Shown here in pieces: positions 63,077 to 64,000 of a stretch of 64,000 bases of DNA (its first letter is position 1; every line of letters starts with the position of its first letter). This DNA comes from Haliotis rufescens. Its lineage: Eukaryota. The stretch is taken from contig NW_025964112.1 in the NCBI RefSeq assembly GCF_023055435.1, positions 14,136,001 to 14,200,000 of the forward strand, given 5' to 3'. The notes beneath the pieces are model-generated. The model made no database searches and was not told the origin of the DNA. It saw nothing but the letters and a program-made list of their open reading frames with translations. The position numbers were made by a program, and so were the translations under genes.

Positions 63077-64000
63077 ACTTTTTTGTTATATCAAGTGAAC
63101 GTTTAGTGATTCTAGAAAGTTTTTCTTGAGGCAAGCTAGCTAAATAGTTTACACAGAAGTCGTGAATCAGACCAATAAAATACAGTTGGTCTTTATACTT
63201 GATGAGGTTGAGGTCCGTAAGCTTGGCACTTGAGAGGCCCTAGGGAGTGCCTTGCTTGGCCACCCACACTGACACATGGTGGGATCTATGTTGTGGTATC
63301 TTTGTAGATTACTCATTCGTTTGGTAGTAAGAGGGTACCCAGTTAGAGTTCAATTATTCTCCCAAGGAGGTAGAATGTTTATCCTTAGTTAACAAAACAC
63401 ATCACCATGAAAGCTATGCTACCCAAGAGCCACAGTCGTTCCTTGTTAAGAAAGAGACTTACACTTGGACCCAGCTAGTCTAAGATGATATACTTTTTAT
63501 GAAAATTAGACCTGGGCGAAGACCATTCTTTCCAAGACCTGATTTTAAGATCACACTTTCAATTTTGAGGTCAGTTGAGTGCAATGATATGGCATATTAA
63601 GGTGTGTTCTGAAGGTTAAGTGCCAAAGGTCAAGACAGATGCTTGTGAGAGAGATATGATTAAAGTTGATCGTTTCTGTCTGTGACTTATATAATAGCCT
63701 CCATTTTCATCACCTTCACAGACAAATCTAGCTGTGATATGTTTGATTGATTCCTAACTAACAGGTGATGAAAATACTCCAATTTAGTTCTCGGCTTAAC
63801 ATAATTAGCAGGTTAAGAATGACCACGATCTATTGACTTGAGAGTTGAGCCTCGTCTCAACAGGAAATAGAATTGTACTGCTGTACAATGCAATTGTATA
63901 CAATACAATGTACAAACATGGTAGTGTTGGGAAATGTTAATGTTTTCACTGAAGAGAATTGAAAAAAAACATACATTAATTAAAGACATTCTTTCTCAGT

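Overview
AT-rich, almost entirely non-coding animal genomic DNA. The SINE repertoire resembles a gastropod mollusc such as abalone (Haliotis); this is recalled resemblance, not a database result. No long genuine ORF is present: all ORFs over 170 aa come from tandem repeats. The window is a mosaic of four SINE-like families (three share a LINE-type 3' tail), non-autonomous DNA transposons with checkable TSDs (hAT 8 bp, PIF/Harbinger TTA, Academ-like 9 bp), fold-back palindromes, a decayed DIRS1-type retrotransposon and at least six minisatellites. The standout is a 427-bp miniature LTR retrotransposon (TRIM, 18161-18587). Each of its two LTRs carries a tRNA-Arg-like Pol III promoter (A/B box), and they flank a perfect tRNA-Lys PBS and a PPT. 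Also notable are a candidate recursive splice site (19453-19485), candidate alternative first exons of a long + strand gene, and a tRNA-less retroposon with a precise, structured 5' end. Coordinates were counted by hand and may be off by a few bases.
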